A stretch of DNA of 64,000 nucleotides, taken from positions 1,306-65,305 of the IMG/VR virus record IMGVR_UViG_3300050821_003357; one strand, written 5' to 3'. The notes under the pieces were generated by a model. That model made no database searches, was not told the origin of the DNA, and worked only from the letters and a program-made list of their open reading frames with translations. Source of the DNA: a virus (taxonomy: Duplodnaviria > Caudoviricetes). Shown here piece by piece: positions 8,060 to 17,236 of this stretch. The stretch's first letter is position 1; each line of letters begins with the position of its first letter. The position numbers and the translations under genes were made by a program.

Positions 8060-9684
8060 TCCGTCGCATCCTCCTCGCCGCATGCCTGATCCTGGCTGCG
8101 GCGGGAGGGACATATTGGGCATTCCTTTGGGAAACGCATAGCCAGAGTTCGACTGGCTGCCCGATGCCGCATCTTCTGCAGAACGGTACGCTTGCCGATG
8201 CGGGTCAGGTGATGGACAATTTCAACACACTCAGCGGCTGCATCGCAAATATCGCCAGCTATGATGCGCGATCCTTCGGGGCGAAATGTGACGGGGTGTC
8301 GGATGATTCCGCCGTCATCAATACGGCGCTGATAAATACCAAAGTAGTATATATTCCTCCGGTTAGCACGGGTTGTGCCTACGGATCGACTATAAACGTA
8401 CCGGCTGACGCAAACATCGTTGGTTGGGGGCACAATCTATCGGTGCTGAAGGCTCTTTCGACTAATTTGACGGGGGTATCATTTACCGGCAGTTATAGCG
8501 GCATGTATGGAGTTACCGTCAACTGCGGTGCTCCTGGGACTAATTCTAGTGGCAATTGCGTTAATGTGGCGCCCGGTCTGCGCGAGATCAGAATCACGAA
8601 CAATGGCGTGCTCGGTCCATTTGTCGGGATCGGCACGACGACATCGGTTCTTGTGACGATAGAGGACAACTATATTTACAACCCTACGATTACAACTGGT
8701 GGGTGTATCCTTGTAAACGGTGGGAACAATCAGGTTCTCAGCAATAATTTCTGTCAGGGGATTGATTCAACGCACCAGCCGCGCGATGGGATCGAGATTC
8801 TGGATACGCAGGGCATCTGGCTCTCGAACAACCAGAGCCTTAATGCTGGGGCCGGCGAGTTGATTGATCCGGGAACGGGGCAGATAGTCACTTGGGTTTT
8901 TGAGGAGCGGGGTTCTTACGACAGTGGCTCGATGAACGGGCTATCGATCGCGCCCACGGGCACGGGCAGCGTGCGAGGCTATTTCTGCCATCAATGCTGG
9001 ACCTCGACCAACACGCTGAGCGGGGTTGCCATACTAGGCGGGGGTTCGACGGTAATCGATGACATCCATTTCGAGGGGCATCGATCTTACAATAACCAGC
9101 AGCACGGCGTTTCCGTAGGCGCTGGCGCAACGAACGTCTATCTTACGGCGGGTTCCTCGATCTGCGCCAATTCGCAGGCCGGCGCGGGTTCCTATAACGG
9201 TGTCGATATCGGCGTCGCAACCCACGTCACCATAAGCGGTGATCGTATCGGGAACTGCGCCGGGTTTGGTGGACCGGGTGGAAACCAGCTACACGCGATC
9301 AATGCTGGGCTCGGGTCGAATCAGCTCACGTTCACCGGGAACGACCTGACGGGGAACAACAACACTCCCCTCAATATCCTCTTCAGCAACGGCACGATCG
9401 CGACGATTGGGCAAAATCTCGGGGTCGATGATCAGATTCCAAACGTGGCATCCGCGACAACTGTTACTCTGCCGCCGAACCCGATCATCGCCCTGACCGG
9501 GAACACCTCGATCCAGAACATGCTTGGCGGCTGGCAGGGCGTCCAGAAAACATTCATTCAGGGGACGAATCAGACATTCGTCACGGGGGGTACATCGGGA
9601 CAGGACATCGCGACGGCCCTGACGACGACCTCGCCCATTCCGAACACGGCATATCTTGCGGGGCCGCATTGGTACATCAAGTAG
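8056..9684 (+). CDS. tailspike-like parallel beta-helix protein with N-terminal signal peptide
   Basis: FGAKCDGVSDDSAVINTAL pectate-lyase-3-like start, Asn/Gly beta-helix repeats; MIRRILLAACLILAAAG leader. Confidence 0.8.
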   Translation: MIRRILLAACLILAAAGGTYWAFLWETHSQSSTGCPMPHLLQNGTLADAGQVMDNFNTLSGCIANIASYDARSFGAKCDGVSDDSAVINTALINTKVVYIPPVSTGCAYGSTINVPADANIVGWGHNLSVLKALSTNLTGVSFTGSYSGMYGVTVNCGAPGTNSSGNCVNVAPGLREIRITNNGVLGPFVGIGTTTSVLVTIEDNYIYNPTITTGGCILVNGGNNQVLSNNFCQGIDSTHQPRDGIEILDTQGIWLSNNQSLNAGAGELIDPGTGQIVTWVFEERGSYDSGSMNGLSIAPTGTGSVRGYFCHQCWTSTNTLSGVAILGGGSTVIDDIHFEGHRSYNNQQHGVSVGAGATNVYLTAGSSICANSQAGAGSYNGVDIGVATHVTISGDRIGNCAGFGGPGGNQLHAINAGLGSNQLTFTGNDLTGNNNTPLNILFSNGTIATIGQNLGVDDQIPNVASATTVTLPPNPIIALTGNTSIQNMLGGWQGVQKTFIQGTNQTFVTGGTSGQDIATALTTTSPIPNTAYLAGPHWYIK

Positions 9685-11232
9685 ATGGCTGAGCAGACCT
9701 ATGGCGACTCCTTTGGGTCGATCGAAGAACGCAAGGATATTGGGACTGACCCCGGCAGTACCGTGCGGTTCTGGCTGCAGCAGCTGCGTCTTGCCGAGCG
9801 CGAGAACAGGCTGTGGATCAAGCAGGGTCGCCGTGTCGTCAAGCGCTATCGTGACGAGCGACAGCTCACGGGGAAGCAGGGGGCGCGGTTCAATATCCTG
9901 TGGGCTAATGTCGAGACCTTGAAGCCCATTTTGTACGGTCGGACTCCGAAGCCGGATGTCGAGCGTCGGCACAAGAACAATGACGATACGGCTCGGGTAG
10001 GGGCGGAGATACTTGAGCGCGCCCTGTCCTATGAGGATGACCTTGACGAATTTTCCGAGGTCATGGAAGCGGTCGTAGAAGATCGGCTGTTGCCGGGCCG
10101 GGGCGTGGCTCGGGTGTATTACGAAGCCAAGTTCGGTGATCCCGAGGAAGATCCGGAGGCCGAGCCGGACGAAGAGACCGGCGACCGGCCGACTTTTAGA
10201 CCTGTGGCGAGTGAACGCGCTCCGGTGCGCTACATCTTCTGGGAAGACTACCGGGAGAGCCCGGCGCGGAACCACAAAGAGGTATGGTGGAAGGCGTATC
10301 GGACCTATATGACGCGCGACGAGCTGAAGGAGCGGTTCGGAGCCAAGCTAGGCGCGAAAGTGACGCTGGATTACTCGCCCAAGGGCATTGGCGAGGACGG
10401 TGTTGACGGGCCGCAGGCCGACGCCTTCAAAAAAGCTCAGGTATGGGAGATTTGGGATGGCAAGAAGCACGAGGTCGTATGGCTTGCTACGTCGTACAAG
10501 GATGCCCCTCTCGACACGAAGGACGACCCGCTACGGTTGCCGGGCTTTTTTCCCTCGCCGCGCCCGTTATCGGCTACGACTACAAATGAGACCCTTACGC
10601 CAGTGGCTGATTTTGCCGAATACCGGGACCAAGCCGTCGAACTCGACATCCTGACGGCGCGGATCGACAAATTACAGAGCGCGCTGAAGGTCGCCGGGCT
10701 CTATCCGGGCTCGGAAAAGTCGACGATCACGCAATTGGTCGACGAAAATTCGGAAAATAAGCTGATTCCGGTCGAGAATTATGCTGCTTTTATGGACAAG
10801 GGCGGCTTGCAGAACATCATTCACTGGCTGCCGATCAAGCAGATAGCTGATGTGTTGATCGGGCTGTACGAGGCACGCGACAAGGTCTTGCAGACGCTCT
10901 ACCAGATTACCGGCATGGCCGACATTCTGCGTGGCGAGACTAATCCGAACGAGACATTGGGCGCGCAGCAGCTGAAATCGCAGTTTGCGACGCGGCGCAT
11001 CTCGAAAGCGCAGAAACAGGTGGCTCGGTTTGCGCGAGATCTGATGAGACTACGGGGTTTCGTCATCGCAACCCATTTCTCGGCCGAGACGTTGATGGAG
11101 ATGACGGGATTGCCGGAACCGCTGCCGGAGTTGCCGCCCGCGCCGCCGATGATGATCCCGGCTCCGCCTCCGCAGCCGCAGATGGGTGGCAACATCGTGC
11201 CACATCCGGCAATGCAGGGGCAAGCGGCGTGA
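9685..11232 (+). CDS. portal protein, N-terminal part (split gene)
   Basis: FNILWANVETLKPILY, DRLLPGRGVARV, QITGMADILRG, ETLGAQQLKSQF; ends in Pro-rich tail. Confidence 0.88.
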   Translation: MAEQTYGDSFGSIEERKDIGTDPGSTVRFWLQQLRLAERENRLWIKQGRRVVKRYRDERQLTGKQGARFNILWANVETLKPILYGRTPKPDVERRHKNNDDTARVGAEILERALSYEDDLDEFSEVMEAVVEDRLLPGRGVARVYYEAKFGDPEEDPEAEPDEETGDRPTFRPVASERAPVRYIFWEDYRESPARNHKEVWWKAYRTYMTRDELKERFGAKLGAKVTLDYSPKGIGEDGVDGPQADAFKKAQVWEIWDGKKHEVVWLATSYKDAPLDTKDDPLRLPGFFPSPRPLSATTTNETLTPVADFAEYRDQAVELDILTARIDKLQSALKVAGLYPGSEKSTITQLVDENSENKLIPVENYAAFMDKGGLQNIIHWLPIKQIADVLIGLYEARDKVLQTLYQITGMADILRGETNPNETLGAQQLKSQFATRRISKAQKQVARFARDLMRLRGFVIATHFSAETLMEMTGLPEPLPELPPAPPMMIPAPPPQPQMGGNIVPHPAMQGQAA

Positions 11233-11429
11233 TAGATAAAGTGGCGCTGACACGGATTTTTGAGGATATCGGTCTATTTGAAGAGTTTTCCTGCGACTAT
11301 TGCGAGAAGCGCGGCAATTTTGTTAGCGGTCCGCATTCCCATGTTTGCTCGCGTTGCGGTGACCGCGCGACTCATGGCTGGTACACGACTCCATTATGTA
11401 ATCGCTGCTTTGGTGCACAATGCCTGTGA
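11229..11429 (+). CDS. small Cys-rich hypothetical protein
   Basis: Three CxxC motifs; GTGA overlap. Confidence 0.5.
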   Translation: MIDKVALTRIFEDIGLFEEFSCDYCEKRGNFVSGPHSHVCSRCGDRATHGWYTTPLCNRCFGAQCL

Positions 11430-11800
11430 GGGACAAGAACCTCTCCGCCGTCCTGATGGGCATCAAAGACGCGCTTACCTCGGCGTTCGCACCGCACCTG
11501 TCCAAGATTCCGCCCACAGCGGACGGCTGGACGATGCAGCAGCACATCGACGCGCTGGCGCGTCATTTCGTGCCGATGGCCGAGCGGTTCTTCAATGCCC
11601 CGGCCGATCCGCACGCTGAAAATAGCCGAGCCATTGCAGAACTAAGGTCGGAGATAGCTTTTTTGAGAGATCGGCTGGGTCCGGTGGGCTCGGTAGGCTC
11701 CGCTATGGTGCCGCCTGAGCCGGCACCGGAGGACCAACCGCCCCCCACGTCTTCGTCAAAGATACTGTCCTTGTTGGGTCGCAAGCGGAAAGCGCAATAA
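11420..11800 (+). CDS. hypothetical protein
   Basis: 126-aa ORF in tight operon. Confidence 0.6.
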   Translation: MPVRDKNLSAVLMGIKDALTSAFAPHLSKIPPTADGWTMQQHIDALARHFVPMAERFFNAPADPHAENSRAIAELRSEIAFLRDRLGPVGSVGSAMVPPEPAPEDQPPPTSSSKILSLLGRKRKAQ

Positions 11801-12088
11801 ATGTCGAGGCCGGTACAAGACACCTTTACTGCCTCCAACATATCGGCAAATACAGCGCAGTTCGAATTGCAGGGCGGCAAGTACGGCATCGATTGCATAG
11901 CAACCGGAGCGGGTTCGGTTACGCTACAGAAGTTGGCTGGCGACGGCGCGACTTACGTTACCGCGGCTACGGCATTTTCCACAACTGCCGGATACGCTAC
12001 GGCCGATCTGCCGTGCGGTCTCTATAGGCTGGCAGTCGTTACGTTCACTGCGGTTTATGTGACCATTACGCGGATTCAGGGCGAATAA
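11801..12088 (+). CDS. small beta-rich virion-like protein
   Basis: Thr/Ala/Gly-rich; GSVTLQKLAGDGATYV. Confidence 0.65.
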   Translation: MSRPVQDTFTASNISANTAQFELQGGKYGIDCIATGAGSVTLQKLAGDGATYVTAATAFSTTAGYATADLPCGLYRLAVVTFTAVYVTITRIQGE

Positions 12089-12357
12089 TGAATATAAATC
12101 GCATTAGGATTGCCTATCTCGATGCGTTTAGGGCCGCGAACCCGTCATGCCAGGAAATCCCGCGTTTAATCTATGATAATGGGGGATTTATATTTCAGTA
12201 TGACGATGATCTTTGTGAGAGGTTAGGTTTAAAGCCAACCCCGGTGAGTCCCACACAATTAGTGGAGATGACCAAAAAACTCCTTTGGCGCGCTAAGTGC
12301 GGCTATCTCACCTTGGGTCAATATGAGATGATGAATCGCCCAGAGGGGAGCGCCTGA
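12088..12357 (+). CDS. hypothetical protein
   Basis: AT-richer 89-aa ORF; TAATG/TGATG overlaps. Confidence 0.55.
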   Translation: MNINRIRIAYLDAFRAANPSCQEIPRLIYDNGGFIFQYDDDLCERLGLKPTPVSPTQLVEMTKKLLWRAKCGYLTLGQYEMMNRPEGSA

Positions 12358-13127
12358 TGCTTGGTATGCAGCCGGGCGCCTCGCTGCCGCCCCAGCAACC
12401 GCAGATGATGCCGAACCCGGCCTTCCAGCAATGGATGCAATTGAAGCAGATGCGCGATCAGGAGATGGCGCGGCGACAAAAGCAGTTCATGGCGGCGTGC
12501 TCGCTGATCAAAGAGGACGCGGCCAAATCGTACAAGATCGATATCGAGGCAGATTCCACGGTAGCGGCGGACGAGCAGGCGGAAAAGCAATCCCGCACCG
12601 AATTCCTCCAGGCGATGACGCCATTTTTGGAGGGGATGATCCCGCTCGCGCAGGGCAGTCCGGCACTACTGCCGCTGATTTCCGAATTGATTATGTTCGG
12701 GGTACGGGCGTTCCCGACCTCACGCACCTTGGAGGACGCTTTCGAGACGGCATTGCAGAAAATGCAGCAGATGCCGCCGGCACCGCCGCCGGGCAAGCAG
12801 GGCAACACGAAATCGCCGATGGAGATTCAAGCCCAGGCGCAGACCGAGCAAGGCAAGATAGCGGCCGACGTGCATGATACTCAGGTCAAGGCGCAGACCG
12901 AGCAACAGTCAGATGCGGTCAAGGCGCAGATGGAACAGCAGGCGAATGCCGTCAAACTGCAGCAGATCGCATCACAGGAGCAGATCGCGCGCGAAAAGCT
13001 CCAGGCTGAGCAGGGCAATAAGGCGGCGGAATTGTCGATGCGCGGGCGCGAGATGCAGGGCAAAGAGCAGCTGGAGGACGCGAAGATTCAGCACATGCAG
13101 AGCCGCGAGACGCAAGGATTGGTCTGA
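12357..13127 (+). CDS. portal protein, C-terminal part (split gene)
   Basis: YKIDIEADSTVAADEQAEKQSRTEFLQ...FGVRAF..R.LE then Q-rich coiled coil, recalled as the C-terminus of this portal family; own RBS GAGGGGAG. Confidence 0.8.
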   Translation: MLGMQPGASLPPQQPQMMPNPAFQQWMQLKQMRDQEMARRQKQFMAACSLIKEDAAKSYKIDIEADSTVAADEQAEKQSRTEFLQAMTPFLEGMIPLAQGSPALLPLISELIMFGVRAFPTSRTLEDAFETALQKMQQMPPAPPPGKQGNTKSPMEIQAQAQTEQGKIAADVHDTQVKAQTEQQSDAVKAQMEQQANAVKLQQIASQEQIAREKLQAEQGNKAAELSMRGREMQGKEQLEDAKIQHMQSRETQGLV

Positions 13128-13360
13128 TGCCGACTTGGAATGAAATTACAGAGGCGGCTTTCAAGCACCGCGCGCCTCTCATGGCCGCGAAGCTCATGGA
13201 GCCGAACATGCTCGCTCAAGCGATCGAATGGGGGGCATGGCAAAATCGCGGATCGGTTAAGCGGACTTGGGACTGGCTTCTGCGCCGCCAGCCGCCTCCT
13301 AAGGTTATAATTGGCCCCGTCAAGTTTATGGACGGCGGCGTGCCGATAACGGGCGCATAA
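13127..13360 (+). CDS. small protein resembling major capsid N-terminus
   Basis: WNEIT......R....A......N.L aligns ungapped to MCP. Confidence 0.5.
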   Translation: MPTWNEITEAAFKHRAPLMAAKLMEPNMLAQAIEWGAWQNRGSVKRTWDWLLRRQPPPKVIIGPVKFMDGGVPITGA

Positions 13361-13692
13361 TGGCGCATCGCCGCTGGGTAATCCGCAACGGTGAGTTGGT
13401 CGAGGTGGACCTGAATGCCCCGCTGCCGCCGCGCCGCGCGCCCTACGTGATGTCGGATCTATCGGAATACCGTTCGGTCGTGACGGGCGAGATGATTGGT
13501 TCGCGATCGGAGCACCGCGCGCATTTACGGGCGCATGGCTGTATTGAGGTCGGAAATGAAATGCCCCGCCCGTCACGCGAAGCATTGCCGCCAGTGCGCG
13601 AGGACGTGGCGATGGCGTTGCAAGCGTCGCCGGAAGCTCATGCGGAAGCACGTTCGGCTTCAGAACGCGCAGGAAAGGCTGAATTGCCATGA
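13360..13692 (+). CDS. conserved phage head-region protein
   Basis: YRSVVTGEMIGSRSEHRAHLRAHGCIEVGNE. Confidence 0.7.
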   Translation: MAHRRWVIRNGELVEVDLNAPLPPRRAPYVMSDLSEYRSVVTGEMIGSRSEHRAHLRAHGCIEVGNEMPRPSREALPPVREDVAMALQASPEAHAEARSASERAGKAELP

Positions 13693-14135
13693 AGATCGTG
13701 GACATGGGCCGCGCCAAGCCGAAAGGCAAAGGCAAGGATGGGGCATCCGTAGTGGGGTGGAGCGGCGAGGAAGAAGGTCCGCGCGTCCATCTTGATCATG
13801 ACCGGATGAAAAAGATTGGCATGGCAAAGCCGCCGGCCACGGGTGACGAGTATCATATTCAGGGTCACGCCCGCGTCGTAGGATCCCGAGAGGAGCCGGC
13901 GAGAGACGGCGGCTCTGGGCCTGTGCATTCGATCGAAATCATCCTTCACCATCTGGGCGCGGAGCCGAAAGCTGCGGGAGACGGCAGGCAATCGATCCGC
14001 GATGATGTTGACGCCGCCACCCGCGCGGTCGAGAGCCGCGACAAGGCGTCAACCCGCGAAACCAGCGTCCAAGGCAAGGCGCAGCGCGAAAAATCGCAAC
14101 GTAGCGAAGCGCCCGCTGAACAGAAGGTATGGTGA
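13689..14135 (+). CDS. hypothetical head-region protein
   Basis: 148 aa, coupled by ATGA overlap. Confidence 0.6.
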   Translation: MKIVDMGRAKPKGKGKDGASVVGWSGEEEGPRVHLDHDRMKKIGMAKPPATGDEYHIQGHARVVGSREEPARDGGSGPVHSIEIILHHLGAEPKAAGDGRQSIRDDVDAATRAVESRDKASTRETSVQGKAQREKSQRSEAPAEQKVW

Positions 14136-14365
14136 TGGCCGATAGCGCATTGGCCGAAGTGGCGCGACTAATTATAGAGAAGCCAAGGGAATTCTTTGGT
14201 GATTTCTCTACTATTCCCCCGCTTGGTGTACCGCCATCATTGTATGGCAGGTTTAGTGAAGAGCGTAGTCTGAGACCGGAGCCGATTCTTAGTCGTGCGA
14301 TGGCGCCAATGCCGAACATAATTTTTCGCGGCGTCGCTGTTTATCCAGAGGTAAACGATGGCTGA
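14129..14365 (+). CDS. small hypothetical protein
   Basis: Fills gap before scaffold. Confidence 0.45.
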   Translation: MVMADSALAEVARLIIEKPREFFGDFSTIPPLGVPPSLYGRFSEERSLRPEPILSRAMAPMPNIIFRGVAVYPEVNDG

Positions 14366-15545
14366 ATCCGAACTGCGCGCCCTGCTGGCCGAAGCGGCGG
14401 ACGCCGCAGAAACCCCTCCGGAGTCCGTCGAGCGCGAAAAGCCGGTAGCGGCTACTGAGGCACAGGAAAAACCGGAAGCCCCGTCAGGAGATCGCCCGCG
14501 TGGTCCGGACGGCAAATTTCTTCCGAAGGAAGCGGCCCAATCAGAAGAGACCGGGGAAGAGCCGGTAGAGACCGAGACAGAAGAGACCGAGACCGAGGAG
14601 CCCGCTGAGAAGCCGGAGGTCAAAGAGCCTGCGGTCGAGGTTCCGCCGCATTGGTCGCAAGCCGACAAGGATCTGATCGCGAAGCTGCCCGCTGAGCACC
14701 GCAAGCCGGTTGTTGATACCTACAAGCGAATGGAAGCGGCGTGGACCCCGAAACTGATGCGCGCTGCCGAACTGGAGAAGCAGTTTGGTGGAGCTGAGGA
14801 GCTATTCAAACCTTATGCCGAGACGTTACGGCAGCGTAATCAGACGCCATCCGATGTCGTGCGCGCATGGGCCTCAGTAGAGCGCGGTTTCATTGAGGGG
14901 ATGCAGGACGCGCAGCAAGGCCGACCCAATCAGAAGGGCGCGCAGCTCATCGCAAATCTGATCCGCAATTATCAGGTAGACCCCGGAGCTATTGCGGCGA
15001 TCCTGCAGGGCCAGCTGGCGCAACCCGCCAATGGCGCGGATCGCGCCGCCGCTGCCCATACGGTAACGATTCCACCGGAACTCGCTAGGCGTCTCGATGA
15101 ACTGGAGGCGCGGGAGACCCAGCGCGCCCAGGAAATACAGACCAATCGTGAGGCGGAAGCACAGCGGCAAATCGATCATTTTGCTGCGGAGAAGGATGAG
15201 CAGGGCAACCTGAAACATCCGTATTTCGCTGAACTGGAACCCGAAATCATGCGGCTCGCTCGGCTCGACGTAGCTGAGCGCAAGCCTATTGACCTGGCCG
15301 ACCTTTACGACAAGGCGGCCTACGCTAACCGCGAGACCCGCGCCAAGCTCCTCTCCGCGCAATCGGACGAGCAAAAGCGAAAGGCGGCAGCCGAGCGGAA
15401 AGCGAAAGCAGTAGCGGCCCAACGCGCGGCATCGAGCGTCACCGGTTCCTCACCCGCCGGTCAGACATCGACGGAACAGCGCCGCGGAATCCGATCTCTG
15501 CGTGAAGACTTGGAAGAGGCTGCGGCAGAGTCTGACGCCGCCTAA
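14358..15545 (+). CDS. capsid scaffolding protein
   Basis: Acidic N-terminus, RGPDGKF, PPHWS, coiled coil, HPYF, LYDKA; precedes MCP. Confidence 0.85.
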   Translation: MAESELRALLAEAADAAETPPESVEREKPVAATEAQEKPEAPSGDRPRGPDGKFLPKEAAQSEETGEEPVETETEETETEEPAEKPEVKEPAVEVPPHWSQADKDLIAKLPAEHRKPVVDTYKRMEAAWTPKLMRAAELEKQFGGAEELFKPYAETLRQRNQTPSDVVRAWASVERGFIEGMQDAQQGRPNQKGAQLIANLIRNYQVDPGAIAAILQGQLAQPANGADRAAAAHTVTIPPELARRLDELEARETQRAQEIQTNREAEAQRQIDHFAAEKDEQGNLKHPYFAELEPEIMRLARLDVAERKPIDLADLYDKAAYANRETRAKLLSAQSDEQKRKAAAERKAKAVAAQRAASSVTGSSPAGQTSTEQRRGIRSLREDLEEAAAESDAA

Positions 15546-15563
15546 TCTTCCGTTCCGCAATCC

Positions 15564-15620
15564 GGGAGCGTCGTGATGACGCCCCCTATCCCAGCGCGGT
15601 CCGCATCATTGGCGGGCCGC
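15564..15620 (+). promoter_or_regulatory. two hairpins in MCP leader
   Basis: GCGTC-GTGAT-GACGC and GCGGTCCGC-N7-GCGGGCCGC. Confidence 0.5.
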
Positions 15621-15636
15621 CTGATGGAGCAGGAAA

Positions 15637-16671
15637 ATGGCAAGCCCGAATACCAATTGGGGTGAAATCACGACTACCACCCTGTTCAATCGTAGTCGTA
15701 AACTCGCGGACAACGTCACCAAAAACAACGCACTGTTAGCAAGGCTATCGGAGAAAGGAAAGATCAAAACCTTCGATGGCGGTCAAGCAATCGTGCAAGA
15801 GCTGGAATACTCGGAAAACGGCACTTACAAGAGATATGCGGGCTACGACATCCTGAACATCTCGCCGTCCGATGTGTTCACGGCAGCGCAATTTCCGATT
15901 GCGCAGGCGGCGGTCGCCGTTTCTATCTCCGGCCTGGAAATGCTGCAGAACTCCGGCCGGGAGAAGATGATCGACCTGCTCGAAAGCCGTATCGGCAATG
16001 CCGAGCGCACCTTCGAGAACAATCTATCATCGGATTGCTATTCCAACGGCACTGCGGACAGCGGAAAGCAGATCGGCGGCCTGCAGTTGCTGGTGGCGGA
16101 TGTGCCGACCAGCGGTACAGTGGGCGGCATCAACCGCGCCACCTGGGCATTCTGGCAGAACAGCGTGCAATCGTTCGCGACTGCCGGCCTGACGCCAGGT
16201 GCCGCGACGATGCAGACGATGATGAACCGCGCATGGTTGGCTCAGGCTCGCCAGGCCGACCGACCCGACCTGTTCCTCGCCGACAACGTCTATTTCCGGT
16301 ATTACTGGGAATCGCTGCAGGCAATCCAGCGCATCACATCCGATCGCACGGCAATGGCGGGCTTTGCCAGCCTGAAATTCATGGACGCCGACGTGGTCTA
16401 CGACGGCGGTTTCCAAGGCGTAACGGCAGGTCAGGGAACCACGATCGACGGCGCGGGCCACACCTGGACCTCGGGTCAAGGCGCTCCGGCCTCACATATG
16501 TACTTGCTCAACACCGAGTACATCTTCCTACGCCCGCATAAAGACCGTGACATGGTTCCGCTCGATCCCGACCGCTTTTCGGTCAATCAGGATGCGATGG
16601 TCAAGCTGGTAGGCTGGGCCGGCAACGTCACGATGTCCAATGCCTTCCTTCAAGGCGTTATTACGGCATAG
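15637..16671 (+). CDS. major capsid protein
   Basis: TTTLFNRSRKLADNVTKNNALL, SISGLEMLQNSG, GFASLKFMDADVVYDGG; size and position. Confidence 0.92.
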   Translation: MASPNTNWGEITTTTLFNRSRKLADNVTKNNALLARLSEKGKIKTFDGGQAIVQELEYSENGTYKRYAGYDILNISPSDVFTAAQFPIAQAAVAVSISGLEMLQNSGREKMIDLLESRIGNAERTFENNLSSDCYSNGTADSGKQIGGLQLLVADVPTSGTVGGINRATWAFWQNSVQSFATAGLTPGAATMQTMMNRAWLAQARQADRPDLFLADNVYFRYYWESLQAIQRITSDRTAMAGFASLKFMDADVVYDGGFQGVTAGQGTTIDGAGHTWTSGQGAPASHMYLLNTEYIFLRPHKDRDMVPLDPDRFSVNQDAMVKLVGWAGNVTMSNAFLQGVITA

Positions 16672-16691
16672 CGCCGGGAAAGGAGCAGGAA

Positions 16692-17234
16692 ATGGCTTTC
16701 ACGCCAGTTGAATCACGCTTCGGTGTCCAGCCGATTGCGTTCACCAATGCCCCGAATACCTTGTTGCAGGCGGGACAATCTCCGTTCGCCAACCAGGAAC
16801 ATCCGCTCGGGACCATCATCCGGGCTTATGATCCGACCTTCGGGGAGGGTGAGTTCATCTATCTCCTCGGCGTTGCCAATACGGTGACTGGTCTGCTGGT
16901 GACGTGGGATATCACCACATTCCAGACCACGGTATTGCCGAGCACTGCTCAGCTCAACGCTCCGGTTGCGGTAGCGATGTCGGCCAATGTCGCGACCAAC
17001 TGGGGTTGGTATCAGATCAGCGGCATGGCGACGATTTTGAAAACTAACGTGCAAGTCACGCCAACCTCTGTGCCGGTCTTTATCAGCGCCACAGCTGGCC
17101 GGATCTTTCTTACCTCGACAGCCGGTAAGGAGATCATGGGTGCAAGGACGGCGAACGTCGCGACGGTCACCTCGACAACTAGTACGGTTGTAGTACACAT
17201 CTCGCGGCCGTTTACCCAAGGTCATATAACCTAG
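16692..17234 (+). CDS. capsid decoration/cement protein
   Basis: GEGEFIYLLGVA, VAVAMSA, WGWYQISG; follows MCP with strong RBS. Confidence 0.72.
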   Translation: MAFTPVESRFGVQPIAFTNAPNTLLQAGQSPFANQEHPLGTIIRAYDPTFGEGEFIYLLGVANTVTGLLVTWDITTFQTTVLPSTAQLNAPVAVAMSANVATNWGWYQISGMATILKTNVQVTPTSVPVFISATAGRIFLTSTAGKEIMGARTANVATVTSTTSTVVVHISRPFTQGHIT

Positions 17235-17236
17235 CC

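Noticed and set aside
9289-10275. 328-aa antisense ORF and many similar ones
   Set aside because: Antisense shadows of real genes in GC-rich DNA
11233-12356. Group I/II intron or intein explaining the split portal
   Set aside because: No intron core, maturase or intein motifs seen; the gap holds four normally coupled ORFs and the second half has its own RBS
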